Below, one piece after another: positions 32,720-42,503 of a stretch of 64,000 bases of DNA. This DNA comes from an uncultured delta proteobacterium (lineage in GTDB: Bacteria > Myxococcota_A > Polyangia > Polyangiales > Polyangiaceae), in NCBI GenBank assembly GCA_963806225.1, contig CAWDXG010000004.1, positions 3,200,001 to 3,264,000 on the forward strand, given 5' to 3'. Under the pieces are notes generated by a model that was not told where the DNA came from, made no database searches, and was given only the letters and a program-made list of their open reading frames with translations. How positions within the stretch are numbered: the stretch's first letter is position 1; the number at the start of each line of letters is the position of its first letter. Made by a program: the position numbers and the translations under genes.

Positions 32720-33898
32720 GTGAACCGGAATGAGTCTCCACGCATCGAGCCCGCCGGGCGCCGTGTCGACGCGGCGGCGCGCCGTCTGCTCGGTCCGCTG
32801 CTGGGGGCGGGCCCTTCCGCGTCGGGGTGGAGACTGGTCTCGTGGGACGCGGAACAGGGCCTGTCGCTGGTGTTCGGGCAGGGGCAGCGCTTCGTACTGG
32901 TGGAGCTCGAAGCGCGCAACGACAAGCTCGACTGCTACGACCGGACGGCCCTGTTCAACATCTGCGCGCGCTCGCAGTTCACACCGGACGGCTCGCTCAC
33001 CCGCGAGGAGCGCGGCCTGGTAGAGGGTGTGGTGCGGTTCGTCGGATCGCGCGAGTCGCTGCTGACCGTCGACGAGCGCCCGACACCCCAGAAGAGCGAG
33101 GTCCGCGAGATCCTCGTCGATCGGGTGCTCATCCCCGAGGGCGCCACGCGCTACTACGTCAACCCCTACGCCGGCTGCATGATCGGCTGCTCGTTCTGCT
33201 ACGTCGCGGCCCGCGCCGACTTCTCGCGACGGTTGGAAGGAGCGCCGCCGCCCGAGTGGGGCCGCTGGGTCGACGTGAAGACGAACGCCGCCGAGGTGTT
33301 GGCACGCGAGGTCGAGCAGCATCCACCAGGCCTGGTCAGGATGAGCCCGATCCTCACCGACCCGTACCAGGCCATCGAGCGACGCTACCGCGTGACGCGA
33401 GCCTGCCTCGAAGTACTGCTCCACGCCGGCTATTCGCCAGCCATCCTGACGCGTGAATCGCGGGTGCTCGACGATCTGGATCTGCTCTCCGGACATGGCC
33501 GGGCGGCGGTAGGGTTCTCCATCCCGACGGACGACGACCAGCTGCGCAAGCAGTTCGAGCCGGGGGCGGACCGCATCGAGAACCGCTTCCAGGCCTTGCG
33601 CACGCTATCCGAGGCAGGCGTGCCGACCTGCGTGGTCGTGCAGCCCGTGCTGCCGATGAACGTGGAAGCTTTCGTGGAGCGGATCGCTCCCTGGGCGAAG
33701 GCGGTCCGGATCGACCGGATGTACTTCGGCGATCGCGTCCGGGCACGGTACGAGGCCGCCGGCATCGGTCACGCTGCGACGGTCGAGTACCAGACGGAGC
33801 TCGTGGAGGAGCTCGGCGAACGCTTCGAGCGCGCTGGATTGATTGTCGATCGCAGCGACAACCTCGCGGGCATCATCGAGGAGCTGCTGGCGGGCTGA
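32720..33898 (+). CDS. Spore-photoproduct-lyase-like radical SAM protein with extra N-terminal domain
   Basis: NPYAGCMIGCSFCY, TDPYQAIE, FEPGA; GTG start inferred. Confidence 0.85.
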   Translation: MNRNESPRIEPAGRRVDAAARRLLGPLLGAGPSASGWRLVSWDAEQGLSLVFGQGQRFVLVELEARNDKLDCYDRTALFNICARSQFTPDGSLTREERGLVEGVVRFVGSRESLLTVDERPTPQKSEVREILVDRVLIPEGATRYYVNPYAGCMIGCSFCYVAARADFSRRLEGAPPPEWGRWVDVKTNAAEVLAREVEQHPPGLVRMSPILTDPYQAIERRYRVTRACLEVLLHAGYSPAILTRESRVLDDLDLLSGHGRAAVGFSIPTDDDQLRKQFEPGADRIENRFQALRTLSEAGVPTCVVVQPVLPMNVEAFVERIAPWAKAVRIDRMYFGDRVRARYEAAGIGHAATVEYQTELVEELGERFERAGLIVDRSDNLAGIIEELLAG

Positions 33899-33937
33899 GC
33901 TCATGATGCGCGAGCACGAACCGAAGGAGCAGCCAGC

Positions 33938-34819
33938 GTGACGCGCGGCACGGACTGGGAGCGTGCGCGGGAGCTCCGCGACGCGCTGTGGGCCGACGAC
34001 AGCGACGACCGGGGCCTTGTGCTCACCGACGCGGTGCTGGCGCGCTTCAAGCACGACCTTCACGAGTACTCCGATATCCTCGAGTGGTCGCTCTGCGAGG
34101 ACGCGCACGGCCTGGACCTCGGACGCTTCTCGTACGCTTTTCCGGGATACCGGAAGGCTCCACGCGAGACCGCCGGGGCCCTGATCGCGTGGGCCGAAGG
34201 GCTCGGAGAAGCCGCCGGCCGTGCGGCACGTTCTGTGATGCGCGCGGCACGCCACCCGGCGGTCGATCAGGTGTTGATCGGATACGCGCGCGGCGCGAAA
34301 ACACCGGAACGTGCCAAGTTCTATCTGCAGTTCGGTAGCGGCGCCGGCCCGGCCGCGCTGGAGCTGGCGCACACGGTGCTCGGCACCGACCGCAAGACGC
34401 AATCCGACCAGCTCCCGCTGCATCTGCTGGGCCTCGATGTCGGTGCCGGGGGTCTGTCCGGAGCCAAGCTCTATTTCGTGGAGGCCGGGCGCGGGCCGCG
34501 TTTCGACACCTGGCCGGTGCCTCTCGCGAACACACTCTGCATCCACCGGCTGCAGGGGCCGGACGACCCGGGTTTCGAGCTGCCGAGCGAGATCGACTTC
34601 CCGCTGCCGGAAAACGACCTCACCTGGGCTGAGCTGTCGAGCTCACCTCTGATGGCGCCCTTCGCCCGGGCGCGCCAGCGCTTCGACGAGCTGGGCGCGC
34701 GCTTCCGTCTCCGCGCGCGGCGGGCATCGCTATCCCTCGGTACGGCGCCCAAGCTCAACGTGTACTACGTGCTGGACGAAGTGGAAGGCAGCGGCGTGAA
34801 CCCCTCCGGCGGGGGCTGA
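33938..34819 (+). CDS. Hypothetical protein, possible ABBA-fold prenyltransferase-like
   Basis: Repeated beta-hairpin pattern VLIGY..AKFYL, LLGLDV..AKLYF, ASLSL..LNVYY. Confidence 0.45.
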   Translation: MTRGTDWERARELRDALWADDSDDRGLVLTDAVLARFKHDLHEYSDILEWSLCEDAHGLDLGRFSYAFPGYRKAPRETAGALIAWAEGLGEAAGRAARSVMRAARHPAVDQVLIGYARGAKTPERAKFYLQFGSGAGPAALELAHTVLGTDRKTQSDQLPLHLLGLDVGAGGLSGAKLYFVEAGRGPRFDTWPVPLANTLCIHRLQGPDDPGFELPSEIDFPLPENDLTWAELSSSPLMAPFARARQRFDELGARFRLRARRASLSLGTAPKLNVYYVLDEVEGSGVNPSGGG

Positions 34820-35601
34820 AACCAGCACGTCGGCGCGAGCTTCGACGAGCGGCTGATGGCGTGGATGATCAGCGCACGCCGCGGCCTGTCAGCGCGGTTC
34901 GGCCCGGAAGCGTGGATGGCCCGGCCGTGCACGAACGCGACGCTGCCGCGACGCATCGGCAGGAGCGTGGGCTCGTAGTCCTGTTCGCGCGGGACCTTGC
35001 CGTGCGCCGGCACGAAGCCGTCCGGTTCCATCTTCAGCGTCACGTGGAGCGGTTCGCGGTGCGTTCCCGGCGCCACCTGGAGCGCGCCATTTTCCGCGTC
35101 CGCGTCGTCCAGCGCCAGGAAAGCGAGCACGAGCGATTCCGGCTCGGTGGTGATGTAGGCCGCATCCTGGTGCGCTCCGAACTGAACGAGATCGGAGTGC
35201 GGCTGCTTGTAGACAACGGCGGACTGCGCGATCACTGCCTCGGGCGTGAGCTCGGCCAGCGTGCCGCCGATGCCCGGGAGCTGTGCGATCGCGCCAAAAA
35301 GCTCGTCGACGAGATGCAGCCCGTGCCCGACGCGCAACGCGAACGGCTCCCAGTCCTGCGCACGTCCGGGCATCGGCCCGCGCGAGGTGTCCCAGCAGAC
35401 CGAGGCGTCGTGCTGCGACCGTCGCAGGATCTCCCAGAACTCCAGCGTAGGGCGCGCGCCCGACAAGTGCTCGCCCGCACAGCGTTCGATCAACGTCGAG
35501 AGCCGTGCGCGGAGCGTGTCGACCGTCCCTTCGTCCAGGACACCCGGGCGGACGAAGTAGCCGTCTCGTTCGAATGCCTCGCGTTCCGTCGGCGAGAGCA
35601 T
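34765..35601 (-). CDS. Fe(II)/2OG dioxygenase, PhyH family
   Basis: FERDGY, HQD, LALDDA..ENGAL, HASGPN...RR; TGATG coupling to the Rieske gene. Confidence 0.92.
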   Translation of the reverse strand: MLSPTEREAFERDGYFVRPGVLDEGTVDTLRARLSTLIERCAGEHLSGARPTLEFWEILRRSQHDASVCWDTSRGPMPGRAQDWEPFALRVGHGLHLVDELFGAIAQLPGIGGTLAELTPEAVIAQSAVVYKQPHSDLVQFGAHQDAAYITTEPESLVLAFLALDDADAENGALQVAPGTHREPLHVTLKMEPDGFVPAHGKVPREQDYEPTLLPMRRGSVAFVHGRAIHASGPNRADRPRRALIIHAISRSSKLAPTCWFQPPPEGFTPLPSTSSST

Positions 35602-36821
35602 CAGGATGCCTCCTCCCCTTCCAGCCAGCGCTCGAGAACTCCGTGCATGTGGGCGATGCACAGCTCGCCGTCGGTGATGCGCAGGCTGGACAGGCCCCGC
35701 GAGCGCATCCCGGCCTGAAGGCGCGGCAGCAGGTTGACGTCGGCGTCCATGACGGGACCGAGCTTCCGCTCCCCGTGGCGGAAGCGCAGACGCTGCGCTT
35801 CAGGAGCCGGTCCATCGCCCGCCCGCACGAAGCCGAGCTCGTCGAACCAGCAGCGTCCTGGATCGGTCGGGTGCGGACGGTGCCGGTACATCTCGAGCGA
35901 GAGCGGCAGGAAGTTCAGCTGCACGTTCGGAAAGACGTGGACCTGCTGTTTCACCGTCAGCCGCTCGTCGGACACATCCGGCAGCCCGGTACCGAGCTCG
36001 GTCAGTCGCTGGCGGAAGGCGCGCGCGATAGCGGGGCGCACGTCGCGCATGCGCCCGTCGCCCGGAAAGTCCGCGGCACCGAACGCCTGGAGCAGCTCGC
36101 GGAGCGGCCCGGACACGGGTGCGTCCGGCTCGACGTCGCGCGAAGGCTGGCCGAGCACCAGCGACTGGGCCGAGTGATCGCCGCAGAGCTCGTAGGCCGC
36201 GGTCCGGACGTCCGCGACCTCCAGCAGCGAGGGATGGAGCATGGGGACGTGATACCCCTCGTTGTTCACGTCGGCGGACGCTTTCCAGTTCGCTTCCACC
36301 TCGACCACGCTCTCGTTCTTCAGCCGATACTGCTCGGGCCGATAGGCGGCCAGGAAGTGCGCGACCGGGGCGAGATAGTCGTCGATCCGGGGAGGCGTCG
36401 CCGAAAGGCAGACCCAGATGAACCCGAAGCGTTCGGCGACGTGCACGGGGCTGAGCCGGATGGGCTCGCCGTCCGCATCCGCCGCAGCCGCTCCTGCTCC
36501 GGGCGCGTTCGAGAGCCGTCCGTCGAGGGCGTATTCCCAGTGGTGATAGGGACAGCGGAAGGACCTGGTCCGCCCGCGCTCTTCCGCGCACAGGAGCGCC
36601 CCGCGGTGCTGGCACACGTTGTAGAAGGCGCGCAGCGCGCCGTCCGCGTCGCGGGTCAGTAGGATCGACTCTCCCGCGATCTCGAACACCGAGAACGACT
36701 GCGACTCGAGCTCGGAACAATGCGCCGCGAGCAGCCACGCTCGGCCGAACACGCGGTCCAGCTCCTGTGCGAGCCAGTCGGGAGACGTGTATCGCTCCGC
36801 GGGAACGCTCCGCTGCGTCAT
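35601..36821 (-). CDS. Rieske non-heme iron oxygenase alpha subunit
   Basis: NVCQHRG...CPYHHW; NWK..NEGYHVPMLHP. Confidence 0.93.
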   Translation of the reverse strand: MTQRSVPAERYTSPDWLAQELDRVFGRAWLLAAHCSELESQSFSVFEIAGESILLTRDADGALRAFYNVCQHRGALLCAEERGRTRSFRCPYHHWEYALDGRLSNAPGAGAAAADADGEPIRLSPVHVAERFGFIWVCLSATPPRIDDYLAPVAHFLAAYRPEQYRLKNESVVEVEANWKASADVNNEGYHVPMLHPSLLEVADVRTAAYELCGDHSAQSLVLGQPSRDVEPDAPVSGPLRELLQAFGAADFPGDGRMRDVRPAIARAFRQRLTELGTGLPDVSDERLTVKQQVHVFPNVQLNFLPLSLEMYRHRPHPTDPGRCWFDELGFVRAGDGPAPEAQRLRFRHGERKLGPVMDADVNLLPRLQAGMRSRGLSSLRITDGELCIAHMHGVLERWLEGEEAS

Positions 36822-38152
36822 CCGGGCAGACCCCGTCCTCCGGTGTCGCGAGCGACGATGACGCCGGCCACCGCAGCAGCAAGGCGCTGTGCGTCCTCCT
36901 CCATCGGCGGCGGAACGCGCGTGTAGACCAGGTTGAAGCTCGCCGTGCGGGTGAAGGCGGGACGGCGCTCGTCCAGCGGATGCAGACGGATCTCGACGTG
37001 ATCCGGGCCCCGCTCGAACTTCAGCGCGAGCATCGCCACGCCGCGCCCCAGTGCGGCGCCCGCAAGCCGGAACCCCTCCAGCTCCATGCCGACAGCGAGC
37101 TCGAACGTCACGAGCCACGCCGCGATCTCGTCCGCATGCGATCGCTTGTCGACGGAGTCCTTCACCAGGGAGCGCGTCTCGACGCGCGCTGCGTTGTCCC
37201 CTTCCCTGCGATCCTCGAGGCGAACGGGTGCCAGCAGCGATTCCTCCCACCCGTGCTGGCGGATGTAGCTGTGGCTGAGCCCGGAGCACGACCGGGCGGC
37301 GTCGGCACACACCCCCTCGTAGATGCACGAGTAGGCGGGCTCCCGCGTCCAGTACTCGTCGGCGATCAGCGCCGCCGGCTGCGAGTCGTCCAGGTAGCGG
37401 GCAAGAGGCCCGAGCAGGCAGCGCGGATACCATTTGACGACCGGCGGGATCCCCGCCGAAAGCAGGCGCTCGAGCGCGGCCCGGAGATACGGCTGGACAT
37501 CGCCGACGCGCGCCGACATGCCGCGCTCGGCTTCCTCGTCGGCCCGCGGCCAGTAGTTCCAGAACTCCATGGACTGCGGAGAAAATGGAGCAATGCGTTC
37601 GACGATTTCCTCGAGCCGCTGGTAGTTGTCCGCGACGATCGCGGTGTTCGTCGTCAGGCCGGCGCCCTCGCCCACGATGTTCTCGATACCGGCGATAATC
37701 GAGTCGAACGCGCCGTCGCGCTGCACGATGCGATCGTAGAGCTTTTCATCGGGCGCGTGGAACGAGACGAAGTACTCGTCGATTCCGGCGTCGAGGAGCG
37801 TCTTCAGGTACTCCCGCTTCGCCAGCCGGGTAGCGTTCGTCTGGACCCGCACATGCTCGATGCCGGGCAGCGAACGGGCCAGCTCGGCATACGCCGGCAA
37901 CTGCTTGGAAAGGGTCACCTCGCCGCCGCTGAAAATGATGCGTGAGACGCCTTCCAGCTTCGTCCTGTCGGCCACGGCGCTCCGGAATTCCTCGAGCGAC
38001 GTGCCCGGCAACACGGTCAGCACGTCTTCAACCATGCAGAACGTGCAGGCGATGTTGCAGTGGAATGCGAAGGTCACCATCAGGCTCTCTTCGGGCCACG
38101 CGGGGGCCGGCGGAAGCCAGCGGTCGGCGGAGGGGGCGCTAGAAACTGCCAT
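36818..38152 (-). CDS. Radical SAM protein, HxsC-like, with extra C-terminal domain
   Basis: CNIACTFC, FSGGEVT, YPRC...CSGL..SYIRQHG. Confidence 0.88.
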   Translation of the reverse strand: MAVSSAPSADRWLPPAPAWPEESLMVTFAFHCNIACTFCMVEDVLTVLPGTSLEEFRSAVADRTKLEGVSRIIFSGGEVTLSKQLPAYAELARSLPGIEHVRVQTNATRLAKREYLKTLLDAGIDEYFVSFHAPDEKLYDRIVQRDGAFDSIIAGIENIVGEGAGLTTNTAIVADNYQRLEEIVERIAPFSPQSMEFWNYWPRADEEAERGMSARVGDVQPYLRAALERLLSAGIPPVVKWYPRCLLGPLARYLDDSQPAALIADEYWTREPAYSCIYEGVCADAARSCSGLSHSYIRQHGWEESLLAPVRLEDRREGDNAARVETRSLVKDSVDKRSHADEIAAWLVTFELAVGMELEGFRLAGAALGRGVAMLALKFERGPDHVEIRLHPLDERRPAFTRTASFNLVYTRVPPPMEEDAQRLAAAVAGVIVARDTGGRGLPG

Positions 38153-38969
38153 AGATCCCCGTCTTCACCGGCGTCGCGCCCCCGTCCGTCGCGCGGAAGT
38201 CGATCCCGACATCCCACAACAGGTGGTTCAGCTCCTTTTCGCGGCCATCGACGAAGGCCGAGAGCTCCTCGGGCCAACCTTGATCCTCGAGGAAGCGCAT
38301 CAGCGCGCGGGTCGTGACGCGCGAGAAGTAGAGCGCGTCGGCCCGTCGCTTGTTGGCGACGCAGATCTTGCGACAGTTGAACAGATGGGGCGGCATCAGC
38401 CGTTCGAGTCGATCGCGCTCGGGGTCGAAGTGCACGCAGGCGCGGAGCCGGTGCAGGATGTCGTCTATCTCCGAGCGCGCGTGGTGGAACGTGTAGACGT
38501 TCTCGAACACCGCTCCGTCGCCGGAGCACTTGTACGAGCGCATGTCGACGTAGATGTCCAGCGCGGACGCCGCTTCGCGGCGAAGCTTTGGGCCGTCTAT
38601 CTCGACGCTGAACATGTGCCACGGCAACGGGCGCGGCTCGCGACCTTCCACCTCGACGTGCGGAGCCAGGATGCGGGTGAGATTCGGGATCGAGATGTCG
38701 GCGTGCTCCCGCTTGAAGTCGTAGAAGTACAGTTCCCAGCCGAGCGCCCGTCGTGCGTGATGCCACTTGATGCCCCACACGGTACGGAACGGCCCGAGAC
38801 CACGGCGCACCGCGTTCATCAGTGCGACGCCTTCCTTCTCCACACCGCCCAGGGCAAAGGACTCCACCAGCACGTTCAGCGAACGCAGCTTGTCGACCGC
38901 CGACGCCACCGGCTCGTATTCCAGGAGGACGTAGTCGTGGAAGCAATCGTCCGGCCCACAGCTCTCCAT
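38139..38969 (-). CDS. Hypothetical protein (start may lie upstream, e.g. GTG at 39053)
   Basis: Protein-like composition; stop overlaps the downstream rSAM start; TVWGIK..WELYFYD, DVGIDF..KTGIYGSF. Confidence 0.7.
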   Translation of the reverse strand: MESCGPDDCFHDYVLLEYEPVASAVDKLRSLNVLVESFALGGVEKEGVALMNAVRRGLGPFRTVWGIKWHHARRALGWELYFYDFKREHADISIPNLTRILAPHVEVEGREPRPLPWHMFSVEIDGPKLRREAASALDIYVDMRSYKCSGDGAVFENVYTFHHARSEIDDILHRLRACVHFDPERDRLERLMPPHLFNCRKICVANKRRADALYFSRVTTRALMRFLEDQGWPEELSAFVDGREKELNHLLWDVGIDFRATDGGATPVKTGIYGSF

Positions 38970-39222
38970 CGGCGTGGTCGCAAGCCGCGGCCGCTGGGCC
39001 TGGATCGGGGCGATGGGGAGCGCCGCGCGGGAGCGGGAGTTCTCGGTGGGCACTGCCTGGCAAAGCGTCCCAGCATCGGGCAGGAGCGTCAAGACGACGG
39101 GAAACGCGGAACGGAAGCGGAGAAGCGCACTCGTCGCGGTACGGCAGCCGCAAACGATCCGGGCTAGAATCCCGGCACGCATGGCCGAACGCGACAGCAC
39201 CGGACCCGCGATCGGAGGTCGC

Positions 39223-41199
39223 ATGCACGACGCGCTGATGCTCCTGCCTCCGGACTTCGACGCGCCGCCGCGGCACATTAGCATGCGATTCCCGCCACTT
39301 GGGCCGGCGGTCGTGGCTGCGAGCACGGCCGCGCTGGGGCTCCGCTTCCGCGCTGTGGACCTCGTTGTCGAGTGCGAGCGACGACCGCTGTTGCACGACT
39401 CCGCGCCGCTGCAGGACACGGGACGCGTCGCCGCGCATCTCGGCACGGCTCCCGACCTCGCGATCGAGGCTGCGATCGACGAGCTGATCGAGCGCGTCGA
39501 GCAGGCCGGCGGGCGCGCACAGCTCGTCGCCATCTCGGTCGACCGCGGCAGCCAGACTCCGCTCGTGGCGGCGCTGGCCGTCGAGCTCAAGCGCCGCTGG
39601 GGCGCGCGTCTCATCGTCGGCGGCGTGTCGATGCGCAATCTCCACGCGCTGCTCGAGCGGACGGGAGCGCTCGGGCCCGATGTGGTCACCACGGCTTCCA
39701 CGCCGGCGCAGATCGCACGCGCCTTCGACGTCCTGATCGAGCTGCCCGAAAACCGTCTCGGCCCACCGATCGAGCCGAACGAGGATCTCGTGCAGCTGGT
39801 CCGCAGCGGCATGCGCGCGGCCCCGGCCGCGGATGGGTGGCCGATGCCGGATTTCTCGCTCTACGACCTCCGGCAGTATCGGCGCGACCTGCTGCAGGCC
39901 GATCGCGGGCGGGAGCACGCCGGACCGACGCTCGAGCCCTCCGTCGTGCTTCCGTATTTCTTCTCCTTCGAGTGCCAGTACTCGTGTGCTTTCTGCCAGA
40001 CAGGGGGCACCCAGTCCGCCAAGACGCCGGACCAGGTCGTGCGCGAGCTAGCTCTGCTGTCCGAGCGCTGGGGCGTCGGGGAATTCATGTTCTTCGACAC
40101 GCAGATCAATCTGCTCGCCGAACCGCTATCGCGCGCGCTCGTCGATGCGCGACTGGATCTGCGATGGTCCGACTCGCTACGCGTGCGTCCGCTCTCGCCG
40201 GGCCTGCTCGAGCTCATGGCGCGCGCCGGTTGCTCCAGCATCACGGTCGGCGTGGAGTCCGCTTCCCCGCGGGTGCTCAAGGCGATGGTCAAGGGGCATC
40301 TGCCGGAGCACGCTTCGGCGATGGTGCGCGAGGCCCACGCTTGCGAAATGCTGCTCCGGGTCAACATCCTCACCTGCTTTCCCGGTGAGACGGAGGACGA
40401 GCTCGCCGAGACCTGTGCGTGGGTCCGCGAACACGCCTTCGCGATCGACGACCTGGCGCCCTCGTCGTTCTACCTCACGGCGGACTCGCCCATCGGACGA
40501 CGCCCGGAACGCTTCGGTATCGTGCTACGCGGGGCGCGTTCGCTCTCCGGCCGCAACCGGTTCCGGAAGTCGCCCGACTCGCTCGCCTACGACGAGGTCG
40601 ATGGCTACTCGTGGGAGGAACGCGCGCAGATGCTAGACGCGAGCGAGGCACAGGTGCGTGCCGCCTGGAACGAGGGCCGCGCCGGGAATGGATTCTCCGG
40701 CGCTCTCAGCCCTTCCACCATGCTGGCCATGCGCCGGCGCTTCGCAACGAAACGCGAGATCCACGAGTATCTGTCCCCGCAGAAACCGGAAGCGCGTGTG
40801 GAAATGGAGCAGCGCGCCGAGCCGCTGACCGCGCACTTGGTCTCGCCCCGCCGGCCAGCGCCTGCGCTAGAGCGCGTCTTCGCGCTCGCTTTCGAGGAGG
40901 CTCTTCCATCGATCGCCAGCCGCCTCGTGCCGGACGCCACGGCCCACGCGCTACTGTTTCCGGACGGCAGCTTCTGCTTCTTCCGTGGCTCGATCGTGCG
41001 CGATTCGCGCGAACAGGCGCGCGCGATCACCGTGGACGAGCGCCTGGGGGCCGTCGTGGGGCCGGCCGCTCGCGACGCCCGCGCCGCGGCGTTGAACAGC
41101 GGTGCCCGGCTCGGCGCCGGCGCCATCAGGTCGACGCTGGGCCGCGTTCTGGTGTTGAGCTTCAAGGTCTCGACGCGAGCGGAAAGCGAACCGGCGTGA
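39223..41199 (+). CDS. B12-class radical SAM protein
   Basis: FPPLG, LIVGG, CQYSCAFC, VGVES, FPGET; GGAGG RBS. Confidence 0.87.
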   Translation: MHDALMLLPPDFDAPPRHISMRFPPLGPAVVAASTAALGLRFRAVDLVVECERRPLLHDSAPLQDTGRVAAHLGTAPDLAIEAAIDELIERVEQAGGRAQLVAISVDRGSQTPLVAALAVELKRRWGARLIVGGVSMRNLHALLERTGALGPDVVTTASTPAQIARAFDVLIELPENRLGPPIEPNEDLVQLVRSGMRAAPAADGWPMPDFSLYDLRQYRRDLLQADRGREHAGPTLEPSVVLPYFFSFECQYSCAFCQTGGTQSAKTPDQVVRELALLSERWGVGEFMFFDTQINLLAEPLSRALVDARLDLRWSDSLRVRPLSPGLLELMARAGCSSITVGVESASPRVLKAMVKGHLPEHASAMVREAHACEMLLRVNILTCFPGETEDELAETCAWVREHAFAIDDLAPSSFYLTADSPIGRRPERFGIVLRGARSLSGRNRFRKSPDSLAYDEVDGYSWEERAQMLDASEAQVRAAWNEGRAGNGFSGALSPSTMLAMRRRFATKREIHEYLSPQKPEARVEMEQRAEPLTAHLVSPRRPAPALERVFALAFEEALPSIASRLVPDATAHALLFPDGSFCFFRGSIVRDSREQARAITVDERLGAVVGPAARDARAAALNSGARLGAGAIRSTLGRVLVLSFKVSTRAESEPA

Positions 41200-42503
41200 T
41201 CGACACGCTGGGCGACGTGCAGATCGTGGCCCTGCGCTCGGAGGACGGCATCGCGATCGCCCGGGTGCGGGACGGCGCGGGCCGCGAGCTCGAGGTCGAA
41301 TGGTGGCAGGGGCGACCGGGACGCCCGAGCTACCGGGACGGCAGGCTCCTGCGCTTCGCCTACCGCACCGGAGCGCCGGGAACGACGGATCCCGAGCTCG
41401 TAGCCCGGGTCGTGGACATGCTGCTGGCCGACGAGGCACGCGTGGCGTCGCTCGAGCCAAGCGTCGCGGCCGGGCGGGAGGGATCGGGGCGCCTGCTGTT
41501 CCTGCGCGAGAAGGCCCTGGCTCTGAGCGTATCCCGGGCACTGCCCCGTTCCGGCTCGGTCGCGCAGGCTGTTCGCTCGGTGCTCGACCGCAAGGCAGCC
41601 GAGGGACCGCAGCTCGGCTGCGTGGCGCTCTACTTCGAAACCGCCTGCGAGCAGGCGTGCGAGTTCTGCGAAGAACCCGCCAAGCGCGATCGACCGCCTG
41701 CCCGCGTTGCGGCGCGGGCTCTGCGCGTGCAGCACGCGCTGGGCCTGGACCTGGTGTCGCAGGGAGTCGTCGACGCACTGCTCGAATGGATGGCAGCGCG
41801 GCCCGAGCCGATCGTGTTCCTGGTCACCGGACACGACTGGCTCCGGCACCCGCATCTGGATGCGCTGCTCGCATCGCTCGAGCGCAATCCCGGCGTACCG
41901 CTGCGCCTGCAGGGTCCGTCGTTGCAGTTCGACGACCCACAGCTGGCCCGCCGCGTTGCGGCACTACCCGGGCTGCTCTGTGTCGCGACCACGCTGCAGT
42001 CGCACGAGGCCAGCGAGCACGATGCGATCGTCGGGCGTCCCGGCGCGCACCACCGTCTGCTTGCCGCGCTCTCGTCACTCGACGATGCCGGCGTGCCCGT
42101 CGAGCTTGCCGTCGTGCTGACACGGCGCACGCTCGAGACGCTTCCCGCCACGCTCGCCTGGCTCGGCGAACGCAACCGGAGCGCGCAGCTCTATGCCTTC
42201 ATCCCCGATCGCGGGATGCGCGGCCGCGAATCTGCGCTCGCGCCACTGGACGAGCAGCGCGAAGCGCTGGCGGCCGCAGTCGGCGACGCCCGCGGTGCGG
42301 TCGCCGCGCTCGTGGGCGTCCCCGCCTGTGCCGTCCCCCCGGCGTTGCGCGACACGCTGGTGCAGGGCGTGGACGCCGATCGCCGCGAACGCGCCGCGTT
42401 CGATCGGGCCTGCGGGAGCTGCTCCGCCCGCGCACGCTGCGCCGGCGTCCCGCAGAGCTACCTTGCGCGCTTTGGCAGTCGCGGCTTCGAGCCCATCCCT
42501 TGA
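41196..42503 (+). CDS. Divergent radical SAM protein with extra N-terminal domain
   Basis: GTGA overlap; CEQACEFC; TGHDW replaces GGEP; VPAC...CGSC-x5-CAG..YLARFG. Confidence 0.8.
   Translation: MIDTLGDVQIVALRSEDGIAIARVRDGAGRELEVEWWQGRPGRPSYRDGRLLRFAYRTGAPGTTDPELVARVVDMLLADEARVASLEPSVAAGREGSGRLLFLREKALALSVSRALPRSGSVAQAVRSVLDRKAAEGPQLGCVALYFETACEQACEFCEEPAKRDRPPARVAARALRVQHALGLDLVSQGVVDALLEWMAARPEPIVFLVTGHDWLRHPHLDALLASLERNPGVPLRLQGPSLQFDDPQLARRVAALPGLLCVATTLQSHEASEHDAIVGRPGAHHRLLAALSSLDDAGVPVELAVVLTRRTLETLPATLAWLGERNRSAQLYAFIPDRGMRGRESALAPLDEQREALAAAVGDARGAVAALVGVPACAVPPALRDTLVQGVDADRRERAAFDRACGSCSARARCAGVPQSYLARFGSRGFEPIP

Noticed and set aside
29077..36821. Saxitoxin gene cluster (carbamoyltransferase, J/K, GDSL, PhyH, Rieske)
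   Set aside because: No sxtA-like PKS or amidinotransferase; these families are widespread
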